From: Piromyces finnis finn | Taxonomy: Eukaryota > Fungi > Neocallimastigomycota | NCBI GenBank assembly: GCA_002104945.1 | Contig: MCFH01000023.1 | Location: 248,001 to 312,000 of the forward strand | Direction of reading: 5' to 3' | DNA: 64,000 nt | Made by a program: the position numbers and the translations under genes | The notes under the pieces: generated by a model | The model's input: only the letters and a program-made list of their open reading frames with translations | Told to the model about the DNA's origin: nothing | Databases searched by the model: none | Shown here: positions 12,568-25,305 of the stretch, piece by piece | How the letters are laid out: every line of letters starts with the position of its first letter | How positions within the stretch are numbered: the stretch's first letter is position 1

Positions 12568-14254
12568 ATGAAATTACTCAATATAATCCCATTTATTTTT
12601 ACACTTGGCTTTTCATATGCTAGTTGTCGTTAGTATTAATACCAAGTATTATAAAATTATAAAAAATAAAAAGGTAATACAATAAATGTATTAATATTAA
12701 TAATAATTTTTTTTTAAATTTTAGCAACTAATTTATATAGTTGTGGTGAGTCTTGCTATAGCCCAGATGAATATATATGCGACAATGGATTTTTATGGTA
12801 AATCATTAAAATTTTAAATAACATAAAGTTTTTATAACTATATTAATTTTTAAAAAATTGTCATTACATAAAATATGAATATAAAATACAGTCCTATTGG
12901 TATGAAAAATTGTTATGGAGCATGTTATGATCCAATTCAATATCAATGTCAAAATCAACAATTAGTTCAAAATGATCAAGAAATTCCTCAAATTCCAGAT
13001 ATGTCAACTATACCGGAAATACCTATTATTCCTGTAGTTTCAAATACACCAGAAACTCCAGTAACTTCGAAAATATCAGCAATTCCTACATCACCAGTTA
13101 CTTTAGAAAATTCATTACCAAAGATAGATTCCTCAATACCTAAAAAGGAAGGTAAAATGATTATACAATTAAATAATAATTCTGGTGGCGCTTGGGGAGA
13201 TGACGAAATTTATTGGATTATTATTGGAAGAAATGAAAATCATGAAATTAGTTATCTTGATTTAGATGGAAATTTAGTTAAAGCGGATGCATCTCTTAAT
13301 GATGCAACAACACCAATAGGAAATAGAAGATATGCTTCTTCTATCATTCATAAATTATCTGATCGAAACTTTGTATATCTCCCTGCTGTTGAATCCGGAA
13401 GAATGTATATTAGTTATGGAGAGCCTGTCTATATTACTTTCAATGATGGTGGTTACGCTGGACCTGATATTAATAATGAAACCGATCCAAATGGTAAAAC
13501 ATTATTTGAATATTTCGAATTTACTACTGAATATATAAATGGAGCCATTGTTTTCCATGGAAATACTACTCGTGTTGATTTCTTTAGTATTCCATATGTC
13601 ATTAGACTTATAAATTCAAGCGGTGACTATGACCGATGTGAAGGTGATTTTGGTTCTAGAGATGATATTTTCAATGCTTATATAAATTCTGTATCTGAAC
13701 CATTTAAAACATTAGTCGATAATTTAAGAATTATTGCACCATGTAAGACTAGTTTTAGAGAAGGTAATAAATATGCTGATTATTTTGATGACTCCATAGA
13801 AATCTTTTGGAATAAATATTCTCAACAAGAACTTAAATTCCAAATTCAAGGTAATAATTTTATAGGTCATGTTGAAGGAAATAAAATGATTTTTACAAAG
13901 TCGGGTTCCAATGGAATATATATTGTAGACAGACCAACAACTCAAGATGTATTAGAAGGAAGAGGCGCACTTAATAGAGCTAGTTCAAATAATCCAGAAC
14001 AAACTTCAGTTGAATTAGCAATTGAAGCTCAATTATGTGCCGCTTTCAATAGAGGTGTAGCTACAGAACCTGAAAATTGGAATAATGTTTTATCCTACTA
14101 TAAAACTAATATACATAATGAATATGCGTCATTTTTCCATAAACATTCTGTTAGTGGAAAAGCCTATGGATTTTGTTATGATGATGTTAATGACCAATCA
14201 ACATTATTAGAATGTGGTAATGCAGATACATTAATTATTGATCTTAGATGGTAA
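12568..14254 (+). CDS. Secreted beta-1,3-glucanase: signal peptide + two CBM52-like Cys modules + P/T linker + GH64 catalytic domain (exons 12568-12628, 12725-12797, 12892-14254)
   Basis: Signal peptide MKLLNIIPFIFTLGFSYA. CBM52-like modules CGESCYSPDEYICDNGFLC and CYGACYDPIQYQC. GH64-type motifs SGRMYISYG, FEYFEFT, GNTTRVDFF, CAAFNR and YASFFHKHSVSGKAYGFCYDDV. Intron phases are consistent. Confidence 0.8.
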
Positions 14255-17200
14255 CTCAATAAAAAATAATTATTAAAAAAATGTAAATAATGTGGAATTT
14301 TTAAAATGATAGTATTTTTTATATAAAAATGTATATAAATTTGTAGTCTTTCAATAAATATATTGAATAATTTAAATTTCAATAAATAAATAAAAAGAAT
14401 TTAATTCTATAGAAATAATTTAATTTACATTTATAAAATAATATTTTTTATTTTGATAATTACTTTTTTCTTTCATTTTAACAAATTTGAATTTTATAAG
14501 CACTATAAACATCCATGATAAAATGATTTAAATATCTTTTATTTTTTTTTAAGAATAAAAAGTACCTAATATATACAAAATTTCTTTTTTTTTTTTTTTG
14601 ATTATTATATTACTGTAAATCTTTTATTACTTCTTTTAAATTACATATTTTCTTTTTTTAATAATTATTTAATAAAATAGAAAAAGTAGAATATAAAAAA
14701 ATATTATTAATTATTATTAAGAATTCTTTATTATGAAACAAAATAAAAAATTATAAATGAATAAATTTTCAATAATAGATTATATTAAAGCATCAATCTA
14801 ATAAGTCAATTTAGTATAAAAGAGCAGAAAATGTAAATGTTAGTTATTAGAATTCAACTTTCTAATGGAAATAATTATGTTTAACAATTTTTATGGTATA
14901 TTATAATATTGATTTTTAATAAAATAAGAATTCACAGAGTAAAATTTTACTATATCACTCAACTCAAAACCTTAGGCATTTAAAATGAAAATGAGAAAAT
15001 ATATACTTTCTATAATAGCATTAGCATTAAAAATAGACAATATATATATAAAAGTTTATTTAATTATATGAATTAATAAATCTCTTTATATAAACATTTT
15101 TAGGTAAATTATTAATTTATGTAAAGCATAAATGTTTCATATTAAACACACACTGAGAAAAAATGATGAATTGTTAAGTAGTAACATTATTTATTTAAAT
15201 AATACATGATAACAGCATCATTATTACAAATTATCTATAAAAAAAAATAACCATTTTATATATATTGTGGAAAATTAATATAAGAAATATTTAAAATGGT
15301 GATTTTTCTTTTTTTTTTTTTCCTAAGTAATCATAATAATTACACCTCACACTTTGAATACTGATAATGAGTAAATATCAAAATTATTAAATAATAAAAA
15401 ATATCCATAGTCATTACCATATTTAATAGTTTTTTTTTTTTTTTTCAATAATACTGATACTCTACTATTACTACTACTACTAATATTTTAATTATGATTT
15501 AAATGAAAAAATAAAGATTTAAACCTTTCATATATAAATATTTAAATTTATTTATTTTTTGATTTTCATTTTCATTAAAAAAAGGATTATCCTTATTAAG
15601 TTTAATGATTAATCTTAAAAGATCCTCATTAAATCCATTTTAATTAGATTCATTAATCAAATAATCTATAATAAATATTATAATTTTATCTATTTTTTTT
15701 TGTTTTACTTTATTTAAAAACTTTTATTTTTATGATAATTAAATTTTTTTTTTCCTGTTAAAAGTATAAGTTAATACAACCACCTTTTTTCATCCACTAT
15801 CATTTCTTTTAAAAAGAAATTTATTTTAATATTTAAATTTTATTTGAAACAAAAAGAAAATGTCCTTCTTTTTTTTTGATATATAGATATTATAAATATA
15901 TTATAAATATACATTAGGATTTATATTCATCTTAAATGTATTACATGTGTTATTCGAATTTAATATTGATATTAAATTATAATATAGATTTAATATAATT
16001 AATTTATTTTTAATATACATATATTTTATTGGTTCTTGTTGTGGTACAAATTTTTGAAATATTCAATAAATATATTTCATATTAAAAAAAAAAAAAGGTA
16101 ATTATTAAAACTTATTAAAACTTGAAAAAAGTTTCATATTTATATTATAATAACTATATAAAAATATTTTATACAAGAACATTTTTATAATAAAGAATAA
16201 TATACAGTGATAAATAAGTATCATTATTACTTGAATATTAAGAAATAATAATTAAAAACGTAAATATTATAAAATAATATTTTATATTAAATTTATATAA
16301 TTTTTTTTTTTCAGATTTATTATTAAATATAAGCACATTTTCTCCATGTGTTTTTTTGTTAAAGTGGGTTATTTTCTTTTTTATATTAAATTAAATATAT
16401 TAAATATTTATTTTATATGTTCAATGATTATGATAATATATTAATTATGAAATGAAATAATGAATTATGTTATTTTTATATTGCGATAAAAATCTTTTTA
16501 ATACACAAAATTAAAAGAATAATTTCTTTACCCCTTAAATAGCATCAAAATTTTATTATAAATTAAAGTATTTATTATAAAAAATGATTTTTTAAGAAAC
16601 TTTTTTTATCTATTAATATATAATAAAAATGGAACTACCTACTACTACTGAAACTAAATGTCATATTAAATAATTTAGGAATATGAAAAATAAAAATTTA
16701 AAACAAATCGACATCATTTATTAAATATTGGATATTTTATAACTTGTTTTTTTTTTATTAAACAAGTATTGTTATAATAAAGGAATAGTTTATTCCATTA
16801 AATATAATCCAAAGATATTTAAATATATCTATTTTTTAATTTTATCATTTTTATTATAAATTTATTTTTTGTTGTTGTTAATTAATTTCTCTTCATTACT
16901 TTTTTCTTATTTTTTTACTAAAACATATTATTTTTTTTTTTTTTTTTTTTTTTAATTTACTTTATCTCTTTTTTTTTTTAGAGTTTAATGTAAATATCAA
17001 ATAATTTATTAATAAATAAATTAAATAATAATTTTATTTTAATTTATCATATATAAAGAAAGTTTTAACGGTTTTTTCATTTTTTAATAAATTTATGTTT
17101 TATACCTAAATAATTAATATTATTTTTAATTATATAATAATAAAAAGTTTGATCATCGCCATAAAATAACTTGTTTATAGTTACACGAAATTAAATAAAA

Positions 17201-17529
17201 GTTACTCTGGTAAATTTTATTATTAATAAAATGTAAAAAGATTAAAAATGTAACCAATAAAAAATAGAGAAAAATGAAAAAAAGGGATTAATTTAAATAA
17301 GATATTTAATTTAATATAAAAACTGAAAATTAATATGAAAATCAGTAACAAATAAGATTAAAAATTTTAAATATTAACAAAAAATAAAAATTTTGAAACA
17401 TTTATAAATATCAAAAAACCTTTTTTTTTTTTAAAAAAAATAAAATAAAATTAATTGTATATATATTAAAATATTTGGGTATATTTTTTTTTTTTAGATT
17501 TTATATCCAATATATGTTTATAGTTAAAA

Positions 17530-18849
17530 ATGATAAATATAATAAACAGTAAAGCGGATCCATCAAAGGTAGATGGATTGGTAAAGGATTTTGTAGGATC
17601 TTTAATATGTAACCAATATTTTGTATGGACGTGCTTTGTCCTTTTTTTAAATTATAAAAGATGGAAAAGACCTGTAATCATAATATTAGTATTACACTGG
17701 TTATTCAGAAGTATTGGTGATATTTTCTTGAATTATCAAGATTTTATGGAAAAAAAATATCCAAATTGGCCATGGAATAATGATACATGGTTTTATTGCT
17801 TTGGTATTGCCAGTATATTTTGGTATTTGAGTGAAATATTTGGAGATTGGTATCCATTATTAAGAACTACAGCAATCATCAGAAATCCTAAAAAAATAAG
17901 AATTGTGTATATTATTTGTGGTATTTATAATATGGTAAAATTAGTACAAATGTACTTTTATATAACCTACGTTCCATATACTAATCCAGATATATATCCT
18001 GATACAGAAGAAGGAAAAAATTTATTTAACAAGTTATATAATAAAGATTTAGGGAGATTTAAATCACTTACATGGGGAAATGTAGTAATTCAATTAATTG
18101 TTAGTTTCTTTTATGATTTATCAATTATTATAATTTTAAGAAAAAACCTTTTCAATAAATTAAATGAAAGAAAGAATAACTTAAAAGAGAATGAAAATAA
18201 ATTTTTAAGTAGATTTAAATTTATTTCAGAATATCGTATTGTTGTATCCTTAATAGCTACTGTGGTGTCATTTCCACTTATTGCTACTTTTTCATTTATT
18301 ATGGTACATCAATTTCGCACAAAGGATGAATTTGATATTGATGACTCACGTGCAGATGCTTTTCGTCAATGCGTATTAAGTATTAATTACAATTTAATGT
18401 ACGTTGATCAAATTTTATTAAGATTCTTTGTTGATGAAAGCACTAAATTAAAATCTAAGCCAAAGTTAAGCATTGGCACTTCAGGTAATTCAGGATATAC
18501 TTCTAGTAGTTATGCATATAATAGCTATTCTTTAAATAATATTTCTAGTCACACCTACAACAACTCACATTCAATATATAAGTCATCTAATGATACTTCA
18601 AATAAAGAAAATCTGTATAAGGAATTTTCTAATGCTGATAAAATTTTAATTAAATCAAATACAAATAATTCAGATGAAATTCCAATAATAAGCTATTCAA
18701 ATAAAGATATGTCATATCTATCTAGTGTAACAGAATCACATAATAAAGCATCAATATCAAATATAAGTCCAATAGACAAATATTATCCACTTTCATCATC
18801 AAATTATTTTAATATGAATAATAAAAATTATTATAATCACAATTATTAA
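17530..18849 (+). CDS. Seven-transmembrane (GPCR-like topology) protein with a Ser/Asn-rich C-tail
   Basis: 439-aa ORF with about 7 hydrophobic segments and the motif FWYLSEIFGDWYPLLRT. Paralog of 27533..29079. Confidence 0.75.
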   Translation: MINIINSKADPSKVDGLVKDFVGSLICNQYFVWTCFVLFLNYKRWKRPVIIILVLHWLFRSIGDIFLNYQDFMEKKYPNWPWNNDTWFYCFGIASIFWYLSEIFGDWYPLLRTTAIIRNPKKIRIVYIICGIYNMVKLVQMYFYITYVPYTNPDIYPDTEEGKNLFNKLYNKDLGRFKSLTWGNVVIQLIVSFFYDLSIIIILRKNLFNKLNERKNNLKENENKFLSRFKFISEYRIVVSLIATVVSFPLIATFSFIMVHQFRTKDEFDIDDSRADAFRQCVLSINYNLMYVDQILLRFFVDESTKLKSKPKLSIGTSGNSGYTSSSYAYNSYSLNNISSHTYNNSHSIYKSSNDTSNKENLYKEFSNADKILIKSNTNNSDEIPIISYSNKDMSYLSSVTESHNKASISNISPIDKYYPLSSSNYFNMNNKNYYNHNY

Positions 18850-20614
18850 AATTTATTTATTATTAAAAATTTTAATATTTTTTATAAATCTATTTATTTA
18901 TAATAGTAAAAAAAAAAGGTATGATTTATATAATATATATTTATAATATATAAATCAATAATTATTTAATTACAAAAGTGTATAAATTAGAGATAGAATA
19001 AATTATTATTAAATTATTGTAAGTGTAGTTCTAATAAATTAGAGTATCTATATTTTTTTTTTTTTTTAAAAAAAAAAAAGATAATTATTAATGATAAAAA
19101 TAAAAGTAATAGTAATAAAAATTAAAAATAAAATATAATATATATTATATATATATATATAAATAAATAAATAAATAAAAAAAATCAAACTGTACATGTA
19201 CTTACTTTGTAGTTACAAATTTTTATAGTTAAAATGCTCCAATTTAAATATTAATGATCGTAGTATGAAAATAGTTTCAATATAAAGTTTTTTAAAAAAA
19301 AAATGGCAACGTAGTAATGACTTAATAGTATCAAGTCAATTTATACTTTTCCTTTTTTTTTTTTTTTCAAATTTTGAAATAAGACTTTTGAATGTATTAT
19401 TTTCCAATTTTTTGTAATATAAAAAATTAAATAATAATTGAATTTATTTTTTTTATTATGATTTAAATTTTTTTTATTTTTATACTTTTATATATATATT
19501 TTGATTAAAGCTCTAATAGAAGACAAAGAAAGAGCTACAATTTTTTATTTCTATATTTTTTTTAAAAAAAATAACTTTAATTTTTTTTTTCCTGAAATAA
19601 TGATTATTATAAATTAATTTCTTATAATATTTAATAAATATTTCGTATACAATTTTATATTTTATTATAAAAATATATAAAAGATATAATATAAATATTG
19701 AATAAAATAATATTGCTTTAAATATGAATTTCTTTTTTTTTTTATTTTTTTATTAATTTATCACTTTAAATAAACAAAAGTAGATTAAAGATTCAAATTA
19801 AAAGATATATATATTTTCATTTGTACATTTAAGTTGAATAGTTATACTTTAATATATTTAAAATTATAGAAATATAAATTTAATAACAATTTTTATTCAA
19901 TTATTACTCTTTTAAATACTAAGATACAATTTAGAAATTTTTAACTAGTTTTTAAATCAAGATATACTTGGCCACCAGCTTTAATCCTATTTTATCATTA
20001 AAAAGTTGGAAGGTTTTCTCTAATAAAAGAAAAGGAAAAAAAATATATAAAGGACTATTCTAGATGAAATAAACCCATTATAAAAGTTTTAACTAAAAAG
20101 AGTTCCTAGTTAATTATCCTATAAAATTTTTATTTTATAATTCTTTTTTTATTCTACTTTGAAATAATATGATAAAATATATAAAATAAAAGTTATCCTT
20201 CATAATTAATAAACTATTAGTTAAAAAACATTTCTATCTATTATTACTATATAACTAATAGATATATAAAAAATTTCAAAAGAAAAAAAGTTTTTTTTTT
20301 TTTTTTGTTATCATCTCAATTTTTGTAATTAAAAATTTAAAAAAATTTAATTAAAAATGTCAAGTTCATACGATAAATATTTTAATTAATAAAGTTTTAT
20401 AAATTTAATTATTTAATGTCATAGTAAAGTTTAAATTATCACTGCCATATAAATAACCAATAATATTTCCATAAAAATAATTTATAAATTTTAAATTAAA
20501 AAAAAAAAATAATAAAAAAAAAAAAAAGAGAAATAAATAACAACAACAACAATAAAAAAAAAAAAAAAAGGTAAACGTATTTTTTTTATTATTTCCATTA
20601 AAAATATAATCAAT

Positions 20615-21166
20615 ATGCCAAACAAAAAATCTGAAAATAAACCAACTGGATCTGCTGCTGCTTCTAATCCAACACAACAAACTCAACAAACTCAACAAGC
20701 TCCACAAGGTCATCCAGGTCCACATTTCCCACCACCAGGACCTCAAATTCCACCACCATTCCCAATGGGTCCTCCACCACCAATGGGTCCACCACCAATG
20801 GGTCCTCCAATGCCTCATGCATACCCACCTATTGATCGTACTGATGATGATAATAATTATTATGTTTACGCTGATGTACCAGGTATGACTAAGGATCAAG
20901 TTAAAGTTGAAATCAAGGATAATATGTTAATTCTTTCAGGTGAAAGAAAATCTGATCACCTTATCAAAAATAAAAAGAATCAAGGTGATAATAAAAAAGA
21001 TAATAACGATCCAGTATTAAAATTATTCCCAATTATTGAATGTTTTTATGGTTCATTCCAGAGACCAATTCCAATTCCAGCTGATGGTGACATTAATACA
21101 TTCAAAACTAAACTTGAGAATGGTGTTTTAGAAATTATTGTTAAAAAAACTGAACAAAAGAAATAA
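20615..21166 (+). CDS. Small heat-shock protein (HSP20/alpha-crystallin domain) with a Gln/Pro-rich N-terminus
   Basis: YYVYADVPGMTKDQVKVEIKDNMLILSGERK ... YGSFQRPIPIP ... KLENGVLEIIVKK is a typical alpha-crystallin core. Confidence 0.9.
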   Translation: MPNKKSENKPTGSAAASNPTQQTQQTQQAPQGHPGPHFPPPGPQIPPPFPMGPPPPMGPPPMGPPMPHAYPPIDRTDDDNNYYVYADVPGMTKDQVKVEIKDNMLILSGERKSDHLIKNKKNQGDNKKDNNDPVLKLFPIIECFYGSFQRPIPIPADGDINTFKTKLENGVLEIIVKKTEQKK

Positions 21167-21805
21167 AGTAATTAACTAAATATATATTTTTTTTTAAAAA
21201 AAAATAAAAATAAAAAGTAAATTAATTTAAATTTAAGTAAAAATAATAATAGTAGCAATAATAATTAAAAAAAAAAAATAACACAAATAAAAAAATTTTC
21301 TTACAATTTGAAAATAAAAATTTTAATATATCTCATTCACAGTAAATATAATAATATTTACAAAAAGAAAATAACAATAGTAATAAAAAATAATAAATAA
21401 ATAAAGATATATATATAAAGATATACCATTTAAAAAATAATAAATTTTTAAATTTTTCTTTAATTTATTAAAAAAACAATTGAATAATTTTAACTTTCTT
21501 TTTTATCTTAATTTTTTTATAAAAAAAAATTAACATATTATAAAATAGATAGTTAGAGTCACTCTATAAAAACATAAAAGAAAAAATAATTATTTTAATT
21601 ACTATGTATCTTACATAGTAATTGAAATAACTATTAATTTGTATTATCATTATCTTATGACATATTTAAAAGTTATTGTTCATCATTATTGATATTACTT
21701 TAATTATTATTCATTACTAGTTAGATAAATAGTACTATGGAATAAATAATAATTTTTATTTTTAAATAGGCTAATAGCTGTTTTTCCGTCTTCTTACCTC
21801 TCAAT

Positions 21806-23423
21806 CTACATTTTAACATAAAATGGATTCTCTAAAAGTTTATCTTTAACGATGACTCTTGCGCCGCAAAGAGCACAATTAGGATCTGAATTATATATTT
21901 TGCAGGCATCATAAGCATCTTGAGCAAAACTGGTATTAACGGCAGCATAGAATAATTCTGCTTCACCAAGACAAGTAAGATAATCTGTTAGATATTGCCA
22001 CCATTTATCATAAATTTGACACAAGTTCTTCATATTATTTAGGAATCTATTATCACAAGTGGACTTTCCAACTTGGCATTCATAACAAAGATCATGACTA
22101 TTACAAACAGGTACAAATAATCCATAGTCATCAGAATTGTAGAAATCTTGTAATAATGGTATAGAACAACCATTAACTGTGACAATGCCGGTTTCAGCAG
22201 AACCATTGTCTTGTTTATATTGTGGAATACCATTCTTATAATTATTTGTGACTAATGAAATTTTACCTTGAGATGATGGATCACAATGATCTAAATCCCT
22301 TTTTAATTTTAATATCTTATTTTTATTTATAGCTGCATCGTTTTCATTTATTTCTTTAATCATATAACATTTACTTTATTTTTAAATTAAAAAGTTTGGG
22401 GGAAAACAATTAGAATAAGTAATCTTTTACATAAAATGGATAATATTTATATTTAAATTTCAAAAATGTATTTCGGGTTAAGGATTAAGAATAAAATTTA
22501 ATTTACCTTTTACAGGTATTTAATAAAAATTCATCATCAATAGTAGTAGCTTCGTTATGACTTTTCAAGTATTTGTTGTATGTCTTTAAATTGAAATTAT
22601 TAGTTTTGTTGTTTGAAAGGGAAATAAATTTTTCATTAGCTTTATCACACATTTGTATACATTTTTTGAGAGATAGTTTATGATCAACAGAATATTTAAA
22701 GGTGTCGGAATAATAAGAAATAGCTTTATTACCGTAAGTATAAAATTGTTTAGCTTGTTTTTTGGTCATATTTAAATGTTCCATAATATCATTAATTGTT
22801 TCTGTTTCAAATCCATTCCCATTACTATTTTCTATAGTATTATTGGCATTTTGAACTTTTATGTTTTTTAGTTTTTGATTTACATTTGCATCAAAGGAGG
22901 TGATATCTTTATGACAGATACCATATTTAGGATTACAACCAACACCACAATGTTTTGTGGATAAACCGCAAATACCCTCTTTACTACAACATTCACCATA
23001 GGGACATGATCCTTTACCATGACCACAAATACCATTTTTTGTAATATTAATGCTTCCTTTTATACATATGCTTGTATCCGGTTTAAGATGTTTACAGTCA
23101 ATATCTAAAAGATACACATTAATTATTGTAAAATTGGTATGTAAAAAAAAAAAAAAAAAAATCAATATAGTTTATTATTTTTAATCATTATTGTGAAAAA
23201 ATTATAATAATTAATAATTAATAATATATTGTATATATTATTATAAATTGTACTAACCTGGATTTAAGGTTCTTAAACGATAAAGAGAAACACCATTTTT
23301 AAGAGATACATCAAGACAAATATTACCTTTTTGTGTTGAATAATATTCCTTACATTTTATTTCGTAGGCTTTTGTTACTGTTAAAAGAGTTGTAAATGTC
23401 AAAAAAATATTTTTAATTTTCAT
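21806..23423 (-). CDS. Secreted precursor: signal peptide + LysM + CBM18 (chitin-binding) + Cys-containing prodomain + KR + group IX/XII-like phospholipase A2 (exons 23423-23258, 23104-22507, 22373-21806)
   Basis: Signal peptide MKIKNIFLTFTTLLTVTKA. LysM CKEYYSTQKGNICLDVSLKNGVSLYRLRTLNP|DIDCKHLKPDTSICI. CBM18 NGICGHGKGSCPYGECCSKEGICGLSTKHCGVGCNPKYGIC. PLA2 motif NGCS...FVPVCNSHDLCYEC..KSTCDNRFLNNMKNLC...C...A..FYAAV. Confidence 0.8.
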
Positions 23424-24586
23424 TATTTCAAATATTTTCCTTTTATTCTATTATATTTTAAAAAAACGAATAAAAAATAAAATAATAATAATTAAATAAA
23501 AGAACTAAAAAAAAAAAAAAAAAGGTAAAAGCCTTTAAAAAAAAATTGAACCTTTATATATTATTAATTTTTTTTTTCACCCATTTTTTGGTATGAAAAT
23601 TTTCTTTCTAGTTTTTTTTAAATTCTTTTTAATTAATCTATAATTAGTCAATAATCTTTAAATTTTGAAATTATAATTAAACCTTTTATATATAAAAAGT
23701 ATTTTCATTTGGTACCATAGTACTTCCTTTGATTCTTATTGGTTAACCATCAAAGTATTATTTTTTTAATTAAAAAATTTTTTTTTTTTAATTACAATTT
23801 CTAAAATAATCTTGATTTTGTGAAGTATGAACTTTATTAATTTTTCATAGTGTAAGCGTTCCAAGTGCAAAATAAATACAAATTGCATATATTGTGGATT
23901 ATATATTTATATATTTAATATATTATAATATGTTTAACATTTATAACTAGATGAAAAACTATTCTATAGCATTTCATCAAATTCTTTTTTCTTATTATTT
24001 CATATTTTTATTATAATATCTAATACATTTTATATAATTTTATACAATTTTTTTTTTTTTTTTTTGGTAATATATTAATCTACTTTACCATTTTAAAGGT
24101 TTTTTCTTTATTTATACAAAATATTACTTATTAAATAGGTTTTTAAAGGTTTTTCATTACTATCTAATATAAATTATTTTTTAAACTTTTTCTTTTTTTT
24201 AGTCTAATGATTCTATTCTATAAATATTCTATAAATAGTAATCATTAAATATTATTTATTATAGGGATTAATTTTTTTGTAAAAAAAAACAAAGTATTTA
24301 AAAAAGTATAAAATTTCGATATTTTCTAAATATATTAATTTTATGATTCCATAATAAAAAGGATGTTATATATATATGAAAAAAAAAGAAACTATTTTCA
24401 TTTTCGATTTTATATTTTTTATAAGTTGAAAACTTATTATCATTTATTGTTAATAAATAAGATTGTATTTATTTTTAAAGTTATTTTCAAGATATAAAAT
24501 AAAATATAAAAAAAAAAAAAAATTCATATTCAATTTCAGATATAATTAATATTTAAATAAATAATTTACTAATATTTCAATTCTAT

Positions 24587-24694
24587 TTAAAATTTATAAA
24601 CAACAACAAAATGCTTTCATATGATAAATAAAAGTATTTTTAAATAGTATTATTTATCATATGAAAGCTTTTTGTTGTTGTTTATAAATTTTAA
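24587..24694. repeat. Inverted repeat: 45-bp arms (1 mismatch) around an 18-nt spacer
   Basis: 24587-24631 ttaaaatttataaacaacaacaaaatgctttcatatgataaataa is the reverse complement of 24650-24694 except at one position. Confidence 0.9.
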
Positions 24695-25223
24695 TTTCTC
24701 CTTTTGTTTATATTAAAATATCATCAGATTCATTTTAATAAAAAAAAATCAAATTTTTTCTATCTTTAAATATTTCAAAAATTTTTATAATAAAGTGTAA
24801 CTTACAAATAAAAAGGATTAAAAGGCAAATAAATAATTTCTATACGTTTAATAAAAAGTTTAATGAAATAAAAAGTTACAAATAACATTAATATAAATTA
24901 TTATAACTATTCGGAAACTTTTTTAAATTAAAATACCTAACTAAATGGTTATAAAATTATAGTATTATATATAAAATCATAGCATTATACTGTTATTGTA
25001 TTATAAATAATTATATACTATTGTAATATGTAAATATGGAATAATAATGGTAGCGTTGTAACAAATTATAATAAAAAAATAATAATATGAGTAATAATAA
25101 AAGTAATAAGAATTAATAAAAATAATTATTATTACTAGTAACAACAATAACAATAAAATAAAAAAAAAAGGAAGGTGTAATAATAATATTATTAATATTA
25201 AATAGTATATATATTGTTATTTA

Positions 25224-25224
<1 letters not shown>

Positions 25225-25261
<37 letters not shown>

Positions 25262-25305
25262 TAATTATTATTATTATTCTAATTATTATTATTATTCTAA
25301 TTATT
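25225..25305. repeat. (ATT)n microsatellite with a higher-order attattattattctaatt unit
   Basis: Read directly from the sequence. Confidence 0.85.

Noticed and set aside
20040-20180. Possible heat-shock elements upstream of the sHSP
   Set aside because: Only isolated TTC/GAA half-sites; no three-unit nGAAn array.
20405-20899. Trp-rich 164-aa minus-strand ORF
   Set aside because: Antisense of the Pro-rich (CCA) sHSP codons, which produces the TGG runs.
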